This document shows, piece after piece, positions 45,880 through 56,507 of a DNA stretch of 58,680 bases. Location: the IMG/VR virus record IMGVR_UViG_3300034683_000215, positions 1 through 58,680 of that record. One strand, written 5' to 3'. A program made the translations under genes and the position numbers. The notes beneath the pieces were generated by a model. That model was given only the letters and a program-made list of their open reading frames with translations. It searched no databases and had not been told where the DNA came from. Positions within the stretch are counted from its first letter, which is position 1. Each line of letters starts with the position of its first letter. This DNA is from a virus (lineage: Duplodnaviria > Caudoviricetes).

Positions 45880-46149
45880 TTATTTTTCGTCAAGGAGTAA
45901 TTCTTTTTGCACAAGTTCTTCTAGCTTACTCCCCGAATATCCCATACGTGAATATTTTTCTATCAATAACTCTAATTCAGACTCACGTCTATGTAATTGT
46001 CTTTGGCTGAAGCCTTTTAATTTCTTGTTGACGTGTTCTCTTTTATTCCAGCCACGAATCCAAGCCTGTTGTAATTCATCTCTTAGAATCTTAACAGCGG
46101 TTTTATCATCCAATGTCCGAATGAGTTCAACCAATTCTTGTGTTGTCAT
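45880..46149 (-). CDS. Hypothetical protein
   Basis: First gene after the divergent promoter (CAAATATA at 46174 on +). Confidence 0.6.
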   Translation of the reverse strand: MTTQELVELIRTLDDKTAVKILRDELQQAWIRGWNKREHVNKKLKGFSQRQLHRRESELELLIEKYSRMGYSGSKLEELVQKELLLDEK

Positions 46150-46250
46150 AACATGTTAATATTTTATTACACACAAATATAATAAATTTATTATCAATAA
46201 CATAATAAATAATAAAAAAATTATTATATTTGAACAAAATTTTATTGACA

Positions 46251-46910
46251 ATGGCTAAGAAAAAACAAACTAATAATTTACCCTATGAGGTAGGGATGAT
46301 GTATGATCCGAATAAAACTTTATCGGACTTAATTTTGTATGATGAATTTAGGGTTGATTTTGGAATAGATAAAGAGAAATTTTTAAAATTTGTTGTTTTG
46401 GTTTATGATATAAATTCTCCCATGCGAAATATGTATGTTGATTTGTGGGAGCGCAAGAGAGCAACAGCGATAATGGTAGGTTTCAAAGTTGATGAGAGCG
46501 GTAAATTTGAAGGGGATGTTGAAGCTATGCTTGTTGGTGAAAATATGGAATGTAATAAGGCCATTTCTAAATATGTTGTTGTGCAGGGTATCCCTGAATA
46601 CACGGCTCTTGTAGCATTGCAAACCTCATTGCATTGCGAAATGTTAAAAGTTCAAAAAGGCATAGCAAATCAAAATGTAACTAAAAATATTATTTTGCTG
46701 CAAAACAACATAAAATCTAATACAGAGTATTTATTCGGTGGGGAAGAGCCCTTGAATTTAAGACAGGCTCTTTATGGAATAATTGAGAAAGATAGATTTC
46801 CTTTACCTGATGAGGTTGTAAGGCGAATTGCTGAGGGTGATAAGCTAGATGATTATAACCCTTATGGGGACTATAGCGTAGATGAATTAAAATTTATTGG
46901 CGATGAGTAA
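46251..46910 (+). CDS. Hypothetical protein, possible terminase small subunit
   Basis: Immediately precedes and overlaps TerL. Confidence 0.45.
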   Translation: MAKKKQTNNLPYEVGMMYDPNKTLSDLILYDEFRVDFGIDKEKFLKFVVLVYDINSPMRNMYVDLWERKRATAIMVGFKVDESGKFEGDVEAMLVGENMECNKAISKYVVVQGIPEYTALVALQTSLHCEMLKVQKGIANQNVTKNIILLQNNIKSNTEYLFGGEEPLNLRQALYGIIEKDRFPLPDEVVRRIAEGDKLDDYNPYGDYSVDELKFIGDE

Positions 46911-49185
46911 ATATGAGTATTTACCAGCCGATGATAGTTTTTTGATGAATGATGATCCGTCATTAACACCAATACGGATTTCATTACCTAAGCCACCACC
47001 ATTAGAATTAATAGATGGATATGGGTTACCACCTGAAGAGCAACGGTTTGAGAGAGAAGTTGTTCCTCAGCGTTTGGTAAATTTATATGAGCATGTGAAG
47101 TCAGTTCTTCAAAATAAAGAATCAAAAGTAAGCAATTATAAAATGACGTTTTTTAGGCTGCAAAAAGAATTTTGGGAGAAATTAAAAAAAGATGAAAAAC
47201 ATTATAAAAAAGAAATAGAATGGTTAAAAAAAGTTTGGTGGCATAGGATAAATGGCTATTGGTTTTTTAATTATGGGAAGCCTACATATATTTGCGGTTG
47301 GCATTATATGTATTTAAACTTTTGGTATTTTCCTGAAAGCAAAAAAAAATCTGGGCATTTTCCTGAGTATAGAGATAGGGATAGGCGGTGGTTTTTATTT
47401 CAGTGGTATATCTATAAAACAACTGAAACCTTTGCGGATTATGATGAAAAAGGTCGGCCAATAAAAGTGGATGGGAAGTATAGGATGATTGATATTGGCC
47501 GAAAAACATTTTATGGAACAATTAATACTAAGCAAAGACGGGCAGGAGAAACACACAAATCGTTATGTATAGGGAATGAAATTGTATCATTGTCAGAAGG
47601 TAGTATAGGCGGTATAATATCTTACAATAAAAAGAATTCAGAGGATCATTTCAGAAAGAAACTATCCATAGCATGGCAGCATTTTCCAATCTATTTTATG
47701 CCATACTATGATGGGAGTTTTTCGCCACAAACAACAATAAACTACAGAACACCTGGGACAGAAACAGGGGAAACAGGTTTGAACTCAGTAATAGACTATG
47801 CCGAAAGCGGAGAGGGTACTGCTTATGATGGGCAAAGGCTTGTGTTTATTCTTTGCGATGAGGAAGGTAAGACGGAAGGAATTGATATATTAAACCGTTG
47901 GTACCAGTTGGCAGAATGTATGTCAACGGGTAATGGTATGGATATAATTGGCCATGCTATACATCCAACTACAGTGGAAGAAATGAGCTCTGGTGAGAAC
48001 GTAGAGCGTTTTAAGATGCTTGTTGAGCAAAGCGATTTTTACGAGCGTGATAGGTTAACAGGGCGAACGATAAGCGGGTTATGCAGATTTTTTATTCCAA
48101 CAGACGACGGAGCCGAAGGATTTATTGACAGTTATGGGTATTCTGTAAAAGATGAATTAAAAGATTACCAAAAGAAAGAGGGGTTTCGATATACAGCCAC
48201 AGAATTTTACAGAAATGAAAGGAAGGCCTTATTAGCTAAGGGTACACCAGACGCGTTAGAAAAATATCGTTCATTATGTAGGAAGTATCCACTAGAGTAT
48301 GCTGACAGTTGGATAAGCACATCTTCAGGGATAGGGTGGGATATAACTAAAATTGAAAAACGTTTAGCAGAATTGGACTTATATCCTGCCAAGAAGCCAC
48401 GACGTGGTAATTTTGTAGGTACCATAGAGACAGGCTATAGGTTTGTAGATGACCCTGAAGGGCGGTGGTACGTTTCGTATTTACCACCCGCATTAGAAGC
48501 AAACCAGTACAAGACAATAAATGGCATAGATTCCCTGACGGGAAAAAGCAAGCAAATGTATGCTCCGTTAAAAAGGGATAGGTTTACGCTAGGCGTGGAC
48601 CCAATCAAGGAGATAGGACGAGGAAAGTCTAGAAATAAGTTGTCCAATTTCGGCGGTGCTATTTTTATGCATCACGATAGCCGAATTGATTACAGTGGGA
48701 TACCCGACGAAAAGCGGATAACGAATAGGTTTGTTGCAACCTATTGCTATCGACCAGACGTTACAGAAGATGCCTATAAGGATATGATAGCCGCAGCAAT
48801 TTATTACGGTGCGATGATTTACCCCGAGGTGAATGTCAGCGGATTTTGGGAGTACATAGAGGAGAAAGGGCTAGGTGGATATTTGAAGTATGACTATGAT
48901 ATAGTTCATAATAAAATTAAAGATAAGCCAGGAGTTTATACCAGTCCGCAAACAAAGCAGGATATGTATAATGCTTTTAGAGATTATATAGCCATTGAAG
49001 TTGAGCGTGAAGTACATGATGACCTACTAAGGCAAGCGAGAGATATTCGTAATTTGGACCAGCTAACAGATTTTGACTTACTAATGGCAGCAATGATTGC
49101 TTATAGAGGCGCAACATCAAAAGTGAATGATGTGTTAGTCGAGGAAGTTGAGTTGGATATATCTAAGTTGAGAGGTATATTCTAA
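46897..49185 (+). CDS. terL: Terminase large subunit
   Basis: KQRRAGET (Walker A-like), LCDEEGK (Walker B), LGVDP nuclease motif, PEVN, FDLLMA. Confidence 0.88.
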   Translation: MAMSKYEYLPADDSFLMNDDPSLTPIRISLPKPPPLELIDGYGLPPEEQRFEREVVPQRLVNLYEHVKSVLQNKESKVSNYKMTFFRLQKEFWEKLKKDEKHYKKEIEWLKKVWWHRINGYWFFNYGKPTYICGWHYMYLNFWYFPESKKKSGHFPEYRDRDRRWFLFQWYIYKTTETFADYDEKGRPIKVDGKYRMIDIGRKTFYGTINTKQRRAGETHKSLCIGNEIVSLSEGSIGGIISYNKKNSEDHFRKKLSIAWQHFPIYFMPYYDGSFSPQTTINYRTPGTETGETGLNSVIDYAESGEGTAYDGQRLVFILCDEEGKTEGIDILNRWYQLAECMSTGNGMDIIGHAIHPTTVEEMSSGENVERFKMLVEQSDFYERDRLTGRTISGLCRFFIPTDDGAEGFIDSYGYSVKDELKDYQKKEGFRYTATEFYRNERKALLAKGTPDALEKYRSLCRKYPLEYADSWISTSSGIGWDITKIEKRLAELDLYPAKKPRRGNFVGTIETGYRFVDDPEGRWYVSYLPPALEANQYKTINGIDSLTGKSKQMYAPLKRDRFTLGVDPIKEIGRGKSRNKLSNFGGAIFMHHDSRIDYSGIPDEKRITNRFVATYCYRPDVTEDAYKDMIAAAIYYGAMIYPEVNVSGFWEYIEEKGLGGYLKYDYDIVHNKIKDKPGVYTSPQTKQDMYNAFRDYIAIEVEREVHDDLLRQARDIRNLDQLTDFDLLMAAMIAYRGATSKVNDVLVEEVELDISKLRGIF

Positions 49186-49212
49186 ATTTTATATATTTGC
49201 AAAAAGAACGAT

Positions 49213-51465
49213 ATGATACCAGATAAATTAGTAGAGGATTACCAGGTTGAATTTCCGTATGGAGATCCAGATGAAGAATTTGCATTGAGGTATGCAAAGG
49301 CCGCATGGTCAGCTTTTTCTCGTGGCTCATCAGGTGTTGATTATAGTTTCCTAAAAGGGTGGAATACTTGGCGTCTTTATGGGGCTGGGAAACAACCATC
49401 GTTTATTTACGAAACGTGGGCAAAAAACACGAAGGCAATTTCTACAAAAATAAATGAATCGCCAAACCAATACAATATAGACAGTAAGAAAATAAATAAC
49501 TATTTAAGAAAGGCATGGAAGAATGTAGACTTTACTGTTATATCGTTTATACCCAAAATAAAATCAATAATAAAGGGTGCATTAGAAAATGCTGATTATA
49601 ATGTAAAAGTTTACGCAATTGACAGTTTTAGTAGAGATTCCGAAGAGGAACAGAAATGGAAGTTTTATGTAGAAAACGTTGAGAGAGAATTTCTAGATGG
49701 AGTAAGAGAACTGATAGGGCTACAAGCCCCAGATATGCCAGTTAAAATAGATTCAATAAAAGAGTTACAATTACTATCAGATGCTGAAGGATTCAAAGTG
49801 AATTGGGCTATTGCGCTAGAAAAAATATGCAGGTTTTCGTTTGAGATGTCAGGTTATAAAGAGCAGCGCGATATGCTAATAGATGACTTGCTAGACGGAG
49901 GCATGGCTGTTGTTAAAGACGACGTGGTAAATGGATTCATTCAGCATAAGTACGTTGACCCGGAAATGTTTATTATTCAATTTTCTAATAGAAGTGATTA
50001 TGCTGATGCACAGTATGCTGGCCATTTGGAATACGTTCCTTTAAGCGAAATAGCATCCAAAGTAGGACACGATGCAGCCAAAAATATAGTCAGCTTTTAC
50101 AATGAAAATCAAGTAATTCCAGAAAGCGAATGGGGAAGACCTGGCGTGATGACAGGTAGTAACGGATTAAACGACTACATAGGGAAAGTACTAGTTTTGA
50201 ATTTATCTTTTATCGCAAATGAATATGATTATTATAGAGAGATAAATTATTGGGGGAGAACCAAGATAAAGAGAGTTGACAAAAACTATAAAAAGAAGGG
50301 CGATTCAAAAATAGTTAAGTATCCACGTCCCATGCTATTTGAGGTAAAATGGGTTGTAGGTACAGATTGTGTTTATGAATTTGGGCCTGTATTTAATCAG
50401 CCAAAAGATAGAAATAATAACGTAAGGCTTAATTATCATGTTTACGCATTGCCTGTTACCAGTTTGGTACAGCAATTAATACCGTTAGAAGATGAGTATA
50501 TGAAGGGCTGGTTGCTATATCAGGCAGGCGTTAACGGCGGGTTTAAGTCAGGAATTGCGTTAAATACAGCAATGCTAAAAAATGTTACATTAGATGGCCA
50601 AGCCGCAGATCCAATAGAGTTGATAGCGTTTTATAAAGAGGAGCGAGTTATGCCATATGGGCAGTCTCATACAGGAGAGTATAGGGGAGGAGCAGTAAGT
50701 CCAGTCGTTCCGATTCAAGGTATTTCAGAAATGGTGATCAATGAAGCTGTAAATAGGAAGCGTTATGTTAGCGAAATGGTTTATGATATTGTTGGAATAG
50801 ATGTTTTGAGGCAGCCGATAGTTAATGGACAAAATGTGGGTATGGATGAAATTAGGCTAGAGTCTGTTCAGCTGGTTGTTAAGCCGATAGTCCATGCATT
50901 GTTAAACATAAAAGATAGCCTTGCAAAAAATATGGCCTTAAGGGTTCAAAATCTTGTAGCGTATGATGAAGAATTTGCTAAGAGATATTCTGGGATTTTG
51001 AATAATAGCGAGGTAGAAATGCTTAAGTTGGCTGAAAAATCAGATGTTATATATTCTGTCGTACTCAAGGCTAAACCTACTCGTGATGATGTAATGTCAA
51101 TGATGCAGTCGGTACAAGCATCTTACTCTCAAGGTCTCCTTGATCCACATGATTATATGTATATCATGGAGCAAATTCTAAACGATGTTGAACTTGGGAA
51201 GATAAGACAGTTTGTAGCGTATAAGATAGAGAAGAGAAGGCAAGAAATGCAACAACAACAGATGGCTGCTATTGATAGGCAAAATCAAGGTTTGGCAATG
51301 GTTAACCAGTCCAGCATGGAGCAACAAATGGCTCTATTAGATAAGAAGATACAAGGAAAGATTGAAGAAGTAACGGCTAAGTATCAAGGCGAATTGGTTA
51401 AAGAAAGAGAAATAACTAACCGAGAGCTTGAAAAGGTAATTAGAAAAATAATGGCCAATGGATGA
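49213..51465 (+). CDS. Portal protein
   Basis: 750 aa after TerL; FIPK, YVDP..F and YAGH motifs; Q-rich coiled C-terminus. Confidence 0.8.
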   Translation: MIPDKLVEDYQVEFPYGDPDEEFALRYAKAAWSAFSRGSSGVDYSFLKGWNTWRLYGAGKQPSFIYETWAKNTKAISTKINESPNQYNIDSKKINNYLRKAWKNVDFTVISFIPKIKSIIKGALENADYNVKVYAIDSFSRDSEEEQKWKFYVENVEREFLDGVRELIGLQAPDMPVKIDSIKELQLLSDAEGFKVNWAIALEKICRFSFEMSGYKEQRDMLIDDLLDGGMAVVKDDVVNGFIQHKYVDPEMFIIQFSNRSDYADAQYAGHLEYVPLSEIASKVGHDAAKNIVSFYNENQVIPESEWGRPGVMTGSNGLNDYIGKVLVLNLSFIANEYDYYREINYWGRTKIKRVDKNYKKKGDSKIVKYPRPMLFEVKWVVGTDCVYEFGPVFNQPKDRNNNVRLNYHVYALPVTSLVQQLIPLEDEYMKGWLLYQAGVNGGFKSGIALNTAMLKNVTLDGQAADPIELIAFYKEERVMPYGQSHTGEYRGGAVSPVVPIQGISEMVINEAVNRKRYVSEMVYDIVGIDVLRQPIVNGQNVGMDEIRLESVQLVVKPIVHALLNIKDSLAKNMALRVQNLVAYDEEFAKRYSGILNNSEVEMLKLAEKSDVIYSVVLKAKPTRDDVMSMMQSVQASYSQGLLDPHDYMYIMEQILNDVELGKIRQFVAYKIEKRRQEMQQQQMAAIDRQNQGLAMVNQSSMEQQMALLDKKIQGKIEEVTAKYQGELVKEREITNRELEKVIRKIMANG

Positions 51466-52705
51466 GAAAAAAGAATGGTTTTTGAACCAGATAGAACAGT
51501 TGTATCTTAACCACAGCATCACAGCTGAGGAAAAGGAGGCATATATACAGCAATACGACTATTACGAAAAAAATAAAACAGATGAAGAGCAATATGTAAA
51601 AGCGTTGGCCAATGACCCAGAAGCATATTACGACGGGGAAAATAAATATTACGCGCTAGCTGCCAGAAACGCAGCAGCAGGCGATGTTGTTCGGACAGAT
51701 TTAATTTACCTTTTTGGGAAGCAAATATACGAAGCAGCCCAGCAAGGGCATATTATTGTTTTGCCTAAGCATTTTAATTTTAACGATTTTAATACGGGAT
51801 ATACAAGGAGAATTACAAATGTTGCCTATACTGTTCCTCAATTAAAAATGGAAGAAAAAACGGGGATGAAAGATCCAATGCACCTTAGTGGGGACTCGAT
51901 GAAACAAAAAGTAAATCAACCAGCATTACATAATTATGTGGCTAATATGTCTCGTTTTGCTAATACAAAAACATTAATTAATTTCTTTTCGATACAAAAT
52001 GAGAACTCTTTAGTATATAAACAGGGTGGCGAAAAATTATTATTAGACCACGAGCCAATTGATTTCAAGGTTGGGAAAATTATGTATGATATTAGCATTA
52101 AGGTAAAGAACAGTAAATTATTTATAAAAACATTTGGGAATAAGCCATTTGAACTAGGTTTTAACCAGAAGCGTGAAGAAATTGAAATAATGAGAGCTTT
52201 AGCTGTTACTGTAAGAGACGGTACGGAAAGGTATATGGATAACTATGTAAAAAGTTATCGGACTGTTGGCGATTTTGCAATTAAATTTGATGATAAAAAT
52301 AGTGAGTATTCACAAGAAATTTACGAAAAGATTAAGGGCTATCCTGGCGACGGAATTTATGCCAAGATGAGTTCAATGATAAAAGAAATTAATAATGAGG
52401 GAGTTGTTTCACCCGAAGATGTAAAACGAAAAATAGAGGAAAAAATAGGAATGAGTTTACCTAAAACTTATTTAGATATTATTAGTAAAGATGAATTAAA
52501 TAAACGGGCTAGAAATATTGGACTAACAAAATATCCGATGATAACTGGTCAAAGGTATTATAATTTATCACCAATCGAGCCTGTTTATGATTTATCTCAA
52601 AATGGAGTAGTTCACGAAAAGTTAAATTTGCAAAGAGTTATTGATACTGATGAGGAGACAAATTTAGGCTCAAATAACGTAGAATCTGAACAAATTAGAA
52701 AGTAA
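51458..52705 (+). CDS. Hypothetical protein
   Basis: 415 aa between portal and scaffold; no motif recognised. Confidence 0.7.
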   Translation: MDEKKEWFLNQIEQLYLNHSITAEEKEAYIQQYDYYEKNKTDEEQYVKALANDPEAYYDGENKYYALAARNAAAGDVVRTDLIYLFGKQIYEAAQQGHIIVLPKHFNFNDFNTGYTRRITNVAYTVPQLKMEEKTGMKDPMHLSGDSMKQKVNQPALHNYVANMSRFANTKTLINFFSIQNENSLVYKQGGEKLLLDHEPIDFKVGKIMYDISIKVKNSKLFIKTFGNKPFELGFNQKREEIEIMRALAVTVRDGTERYMDNYVKSYRTVGDFAIKFDDKNSEYSQEIYEKIKGYPGDGIYAKMSSMIKEINNEGVVSPEDVKRKIEEKIGMSLPKTYLDIISKDELNKRARNIGLTKYPMITGQRYYNLSPIEPVYDLSQNGVVHEKLNLQRVIDTDEETNLGSNNVESEQIRK

Positions 52706-52742
52706 ATTTATTTTTTATATATTTGCATAAAATGAATAGTCT

Positions 52743-53834
52743 ATGGAACGAATAGAAGATGTTTTAAAGGGGATAAAAGAAAAATACAGTCCTCAAGGTA
52801 ATCCTGAGCAGGAAGAAAATGTTGAACAAACGCCACCAGTTGAAGAAAAATCGACAGAAGCAGAGGTGGTAGAGGAGCAACAGACCGAAGAAAAAGAGGT
52901 GAATACTAGCGGTGAAGCCGTAGTAGAAGATGATAAAGCCTCTGCTGTTAATGTACCTGATGAACGATATTTGGAGATTGAAAAAGAAAATGAGGAGTTG
53001 CGAAAAAAACTCGAAGAGTTAAAGGAATATTTTGAAAAAGTCTCTGACCCTACTGCGTATTTTTCAAGTGAAGAAGCTTTTAAGGCAGAGCAATTGAAGA
53101 AAGTAAGAAAGGATTTGCCAGATGAGGTAGCCAAAGCTGCAGTAGGTGATATTGACAAGTTGGGCTTGACTGACCTGTTGGTTTATGATATTTTGATGGA
53201 CGTACCAAACATCGAAGGGGGAGTCGAGGGGGCAATGGAATTATTGATGGAGAAATACGGGATAGACAGTTTTGAAGATATACCCCGTATAGTAAAGAAC
53301 AAGATGTTGGTAGATGCCAATCGTTCTAAACAAAGGCTGTTAGAGTTAAGGAATAGCATTCCCCAAGTGGAGCGTCCAAAGGTTTTAGACGAGGTGTTTA
53401 GCAACATAAACAACACCAAAGAGCAGGTTGTAAAGTTGGAACAAGAATGGCAAACCAATGTGCCAACGGTTGATAAGATAGTTATCAAACCTAATGACGG
53501 CACAGCTGAGTTTCAATTCGCAATAGATTCAGAGTTTCTTGAAAAGGCTAAGCAGGATTTACCAAAGCTGATGGCAGCCTATGGGCTTGACCCTAAATCG
53601 CCTGAGGCCGTAGAGCGAGCAAAGGCTGAAATAAAAGTTGCGTACTTGGCAAGCAATTTCGAGCGAATTGCAGAGGAGTATGCAAACTATAGGGTTACTC
53701 AAGCTTTGGATAAGTTTAGGCGTGAAAATGCCGGAATGGTATCAAAGCCTAAAGAAGGACAGCCTGTAAATCAAGAAACAGATTTGGTTAATAGTGCAAT
53801 TAGCGCAGCTAAGAAAGCAGGATTAAGAATATAA
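52743..53834 (+). CDS. Scaffolding protein (putative)
   Basis: Acidic disordered N-terminus and coiled coil; precedes the MCP. Confidence 0.65.
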   Translation: MERIEDVLKGIKEKYSPQGNPEQEENVEQTPPVEEKSTEAEVVEEQQTEEKEVNTSGEAVVEDDKASAVNVPDERYLEIEKENEELRKKLEELKEYFEKVSDPTAYFSSEEAFKAEQLKKVRKDLPDEVAKAAVGDIDKLGLTDLLVYDILMDVPNIEGGVEGAMELLMEKYGIDSFEDIPRIVKNKMLVDANRSKQRLLELRNSIPQVERPKVLDEVFSNINNTKEQVVKLEQEWQTNVPTVDKIVIKPNDGTAEFQFAIDSEFLEKAKQDLPKLMAAYGLDPKSPEAVERAKAEIKVAYLASNFERIAEEYANYRVTQALDKFRRENAGMVSKPKEGQPVNQETDLVNSAISAAKKAGLRI

Positions 53835-53861
53835 AAACAACGCAAAAAAAATATTACATAA

Positions 53862-55361
53862 ATGGCAAACACAAAAACACCAGCATCTGTACCCGTAACT
53901 GGGTATGTAGGTAATTACGGTCAAAGTTATATTGACCTAGTCTCCTTAGCAGGAGCAGTTCCTGAAATTAAGGAGCAAGTATTAGCAAAACTTTACAGGC
54001 AAGAGGGAGATGGCGCTAAGTTATTAGACTTGCTTCGTATCGTAGGTAATGAGTTTTTCGTAAAAGGCGAAAGGCTGACAGCGTTTGAAGAAATAGGCGT
54101 GAAGGGTACTGTAACTGTAGCAGCAGCTGGTCCAGCAGCCATAGGACATACAGCAGGAGATCCTATTTACTTTCAGTTAAGTTCATCTGATTACAGCGCA
54201 TCTGGAAGTTTACCTTTAAGGGTTGCTGAAACTGTATATTTACCAGGTACACTGTTTAACAAGGATTATCCTGTAGCAGCTCAGGTTATTACTAGCTACA
54301 CCAGTGGTTCCTACGGTGGTTTGACAGCAGGGTCTGGTGCATCAAGGGTATGGGAAGTTAAAATACTTGAAGGCGTTAAGTTGCAGTCAGACATAACTGC
54401 GTCCACTATCCTTTCTATTGGTGCAACCTTGTTTGGCCGTGGGGCAGGACAGCCTGAACCAAAAAACTATCTGAACTATCAAAGGGATTTCTATACTGGT
54501 ATTTCAAAAGAGACAGTAGAAATCGAAGGTGGTGTTCAAGCGATGGAGCGTCAAGTAGCATTTGATATTGATGGTCAGATGCGAGTTTGGGACGCTGGGT
54601 TAGCACGCGCAGAGTTTTCGCTTGACAAGCAGATTGAACATCAGCTCTGGGTTGGTAACCTCAACACTGGTGATGTAACATTAAACAACACCGAAAGCGG
54701 TGCGCCAACTAAGACTAAGTCAACTAAAGGGCTATTACCTACCGTAGCAGACAGTGCTTCTCGTTTAGTACTAGACAGCGGTCTTTTCAATGGGCTGGAA
54801 GATTTTGATGACATTCGAGACCTTCAGTTGGCAAACAATGTTATTGCCGATATTAATCTTTTCATTACTAACCCCGCGCTGTACACACAGGTTGAGAATA
54901 CTGTCCTAACAGCTTCTGATAACGGGGCTGCTACATTGTACGACAAGGAGATGCAGATGTTTGGTATTCCTTTCAAGCGCGTAATGAAGAACAATCGTAT
55001 CTACTACTTGGTTGAACTTTCTACCCTTGCTAACCCAAGAGGCTTAGGTGCTACAACCTTAGGTACTGGTCCTAATGGATTCGTAATTCCGCTTGAAAAC
55101 GTTGCTACCAATGTTTCAAATGAGATTACATTCGGTAATGTTACCTATGGTCCAATGAGCGGTAAGGTTACTATTCCTAATATTGCTGTTGGATACCTGA
55201 ATAATAACGGTGAAAACCGTAGGAAGATTATTCAGCCAGTAGCAGGTGTAAACGGAATGGGCTTACCAGCCAGCAATCAGTACGATAGCATTAAAGGTTT
55301 CTTGTTAAGTGAATACATGCTGACAGTGATGACACCAAACAAGATTGTTTGGATTAAGTGA
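53862..55361 (+). CDS. Major capsid protein
   Basis: 499 aa; Q.DFYTGISKE, E..LWVG and TKGLL HK97-like motifs; followed by a terminator. Confidence 0.8.
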   Translation: MANTKTPASVPVTGYVGNYGQSYIDLVSLAGAVPEIKEQVLAKLYRQEGDGAKLLDLLRIVGNEFFVKGERLTAFEEIGVKGTVTVAAAGPAAIGHTAGDPIYFQLSSSDYSASGSLPLRVAETVYLPGTLFNKDYPVAAQVITSYTSGSYGGLTAGSGASRVWEVKILEGVKLQSDITASTILSIGATLFGRGAGQPEPKNYLNYQRDFYTGISKETVEIEGGVQAMERQVAFDIDGQMRVWDAGLARAEFSLDKQIEHQLWVGNLNTGDVTLNNTESGAPTKTKSTKGLLPTVADSASRLVLDSGLFNGLEDFDDIRDLQLANNVIADINLFITNPALYTQVENTVLTASDNGAATLYDKEMQMFGIPFKRVMKNNRIYYLVELSTLANPRGLGATTLGTGPNGFVIPLENVATNVSNEITFGNVTYGPMSGKVTIPNIAVGYLNNNGENRRKIIQPVAGVNGMGLPASNQYDSIKGFLLSEYMLTVMTPNKIVWIK

Positions 55362-55367
55362 TGATTT

Positions 55368-55396
55368 GGGCGGGTTTTTGCCCCGCCCTTATTTTT
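55368..55396 (+). terminator. Terminator
   Basis: GGGCGGG...CCCGCCC followed by a T-rich tail. Confidence 0.7.
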
Positions 55397-55416
55397 AAAA
55401 CTAAAATCTAAAAACG

Positions 55417-56433
55417 ATGATATACGTAAACGGAACATTACTAGACATTACACAAGACACGCCATATGTAAAGGAGTATTTGAGCAAGAGAGAAGAACTC
55501 CTTAAGAATTATGAGTTTCCTATGGTATTTACTACAAGGCGTGAACCAATAATCAATCCGAGTGGGGTTGCTGAGCCACCTAAAATTATAATAATCCCAG
55601 CTGCCTCAGTAGTGCAGGAAGAATTTGGGACGGTTGAGTGGCGTTACACTAATTCTATCTCAAGAAACGGGCGTTACTCTCCACGCTCGATAATGATAAA
55701 TGGAGAGATAGCAGTTGGGAAGGAAGATTTAGATTTGGCTTTTTTTCTTTTGTACAAGTCCCAGCACGGGCCGAAGTCAGGTTTACTTTACCTGAAAGAC
55801 GCTAAGAGAGAGGCTGACGAGTACGTAAGTAAGAAAGCAGCCCTAAGCGGATTGACATATATCCTATATGATGAAGATTCTCCTTTATCTGACGAGGATG
55901 TTAGAACTATTGCTCTAGCCTTAGGTATTTCAAATGCTGATGACAAGAAGTACACAACCAACCAGGTTAAATTGATGATAGAGCAGGAGGTTATAAAAGG
56001 CGAAACATCAGGCGATACTTTCTGTAACTATAAAACATTTAAGGAGTTTAGCCGCGTAAACGATTGGGTTAAACTTTTGGCACGCATACAAAAACTGTAC
56101 GATAAGAAAGTTATCGAGTATGATTATGTTGACGGCTGTTTCTACTTAATCAACCAAGAAGGTCAGAGAATTAATAGGTTGTACAAGATTTCTGCGTCTG
56201 ATTATGCTCAAAAAGATAGGCTATTAGCACGAAAGTTGATGGAGGACAAAGTAATGCTTTCCTTGCTGAATGAGCATGCGGGCGAAAAAGTTGATGGCGA
56301 CTTAGATATACTAACCGAAGAAGAACTAAGCGAACTCTCAATGGACGCATTACGTGGACTTGCTAAGCGCAAAGGGATTAAGTCCTTTGGCATATCAAAA
56401 GAGGAACTTATAAAGCAATTAGCAGGCGGATAA
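55417..56433 (+). CDS. Structural/hypothetical protein with a C-terminal Rho-N/HeH-like domain
   Basis: LSMDALRGLAKRKGI....SKEELIKQL. Confidence 0.6.
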   Translation: MIYVNGTLLDITQDTPYVKEYLSKREELLKNYEFPMVFTTRREPIINPSGVAEPPKIIIIPAASVVQEEFGTVEWRYTNSISRNGRYSPRSIMINGEIAVGKEDLDLAFFLLYKSQHGPKSGLLYLKDAKREADEYVSKKAALSGLTYILYDEDSPLSDEDVRTIALALGISNADDKKYTTNQVKLMIEQEVIKGETSGDTFCNYKTFKEFSRVNDWVKLLARIQKLYDKKVIEYDYVDGCFYLINQEGQRINRLYKISASDYAQKDRLLARKLMEDKVMLSLLNEHAGEKVDGDLDILTEEELSELSMDALRGLAKRKGIKSFGISKEELIKQLAGG

Positions 56434-56449
56434 ATGCTTAGCCTATGGG

Positions 56450-56481
56450 AAAAAACCCAGACGAAAGTCTGGGTTTTTTTT
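56450..56481 (+). terminator. Terminator
   Basis: AAAAAACCCAGAC-GAAA-GTCTGGGTTTTTTT. Confidence 0.85.
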
Positions 56482-56507
56482 ATTATATTTGTGTCAAATA
56501 AAAGGTT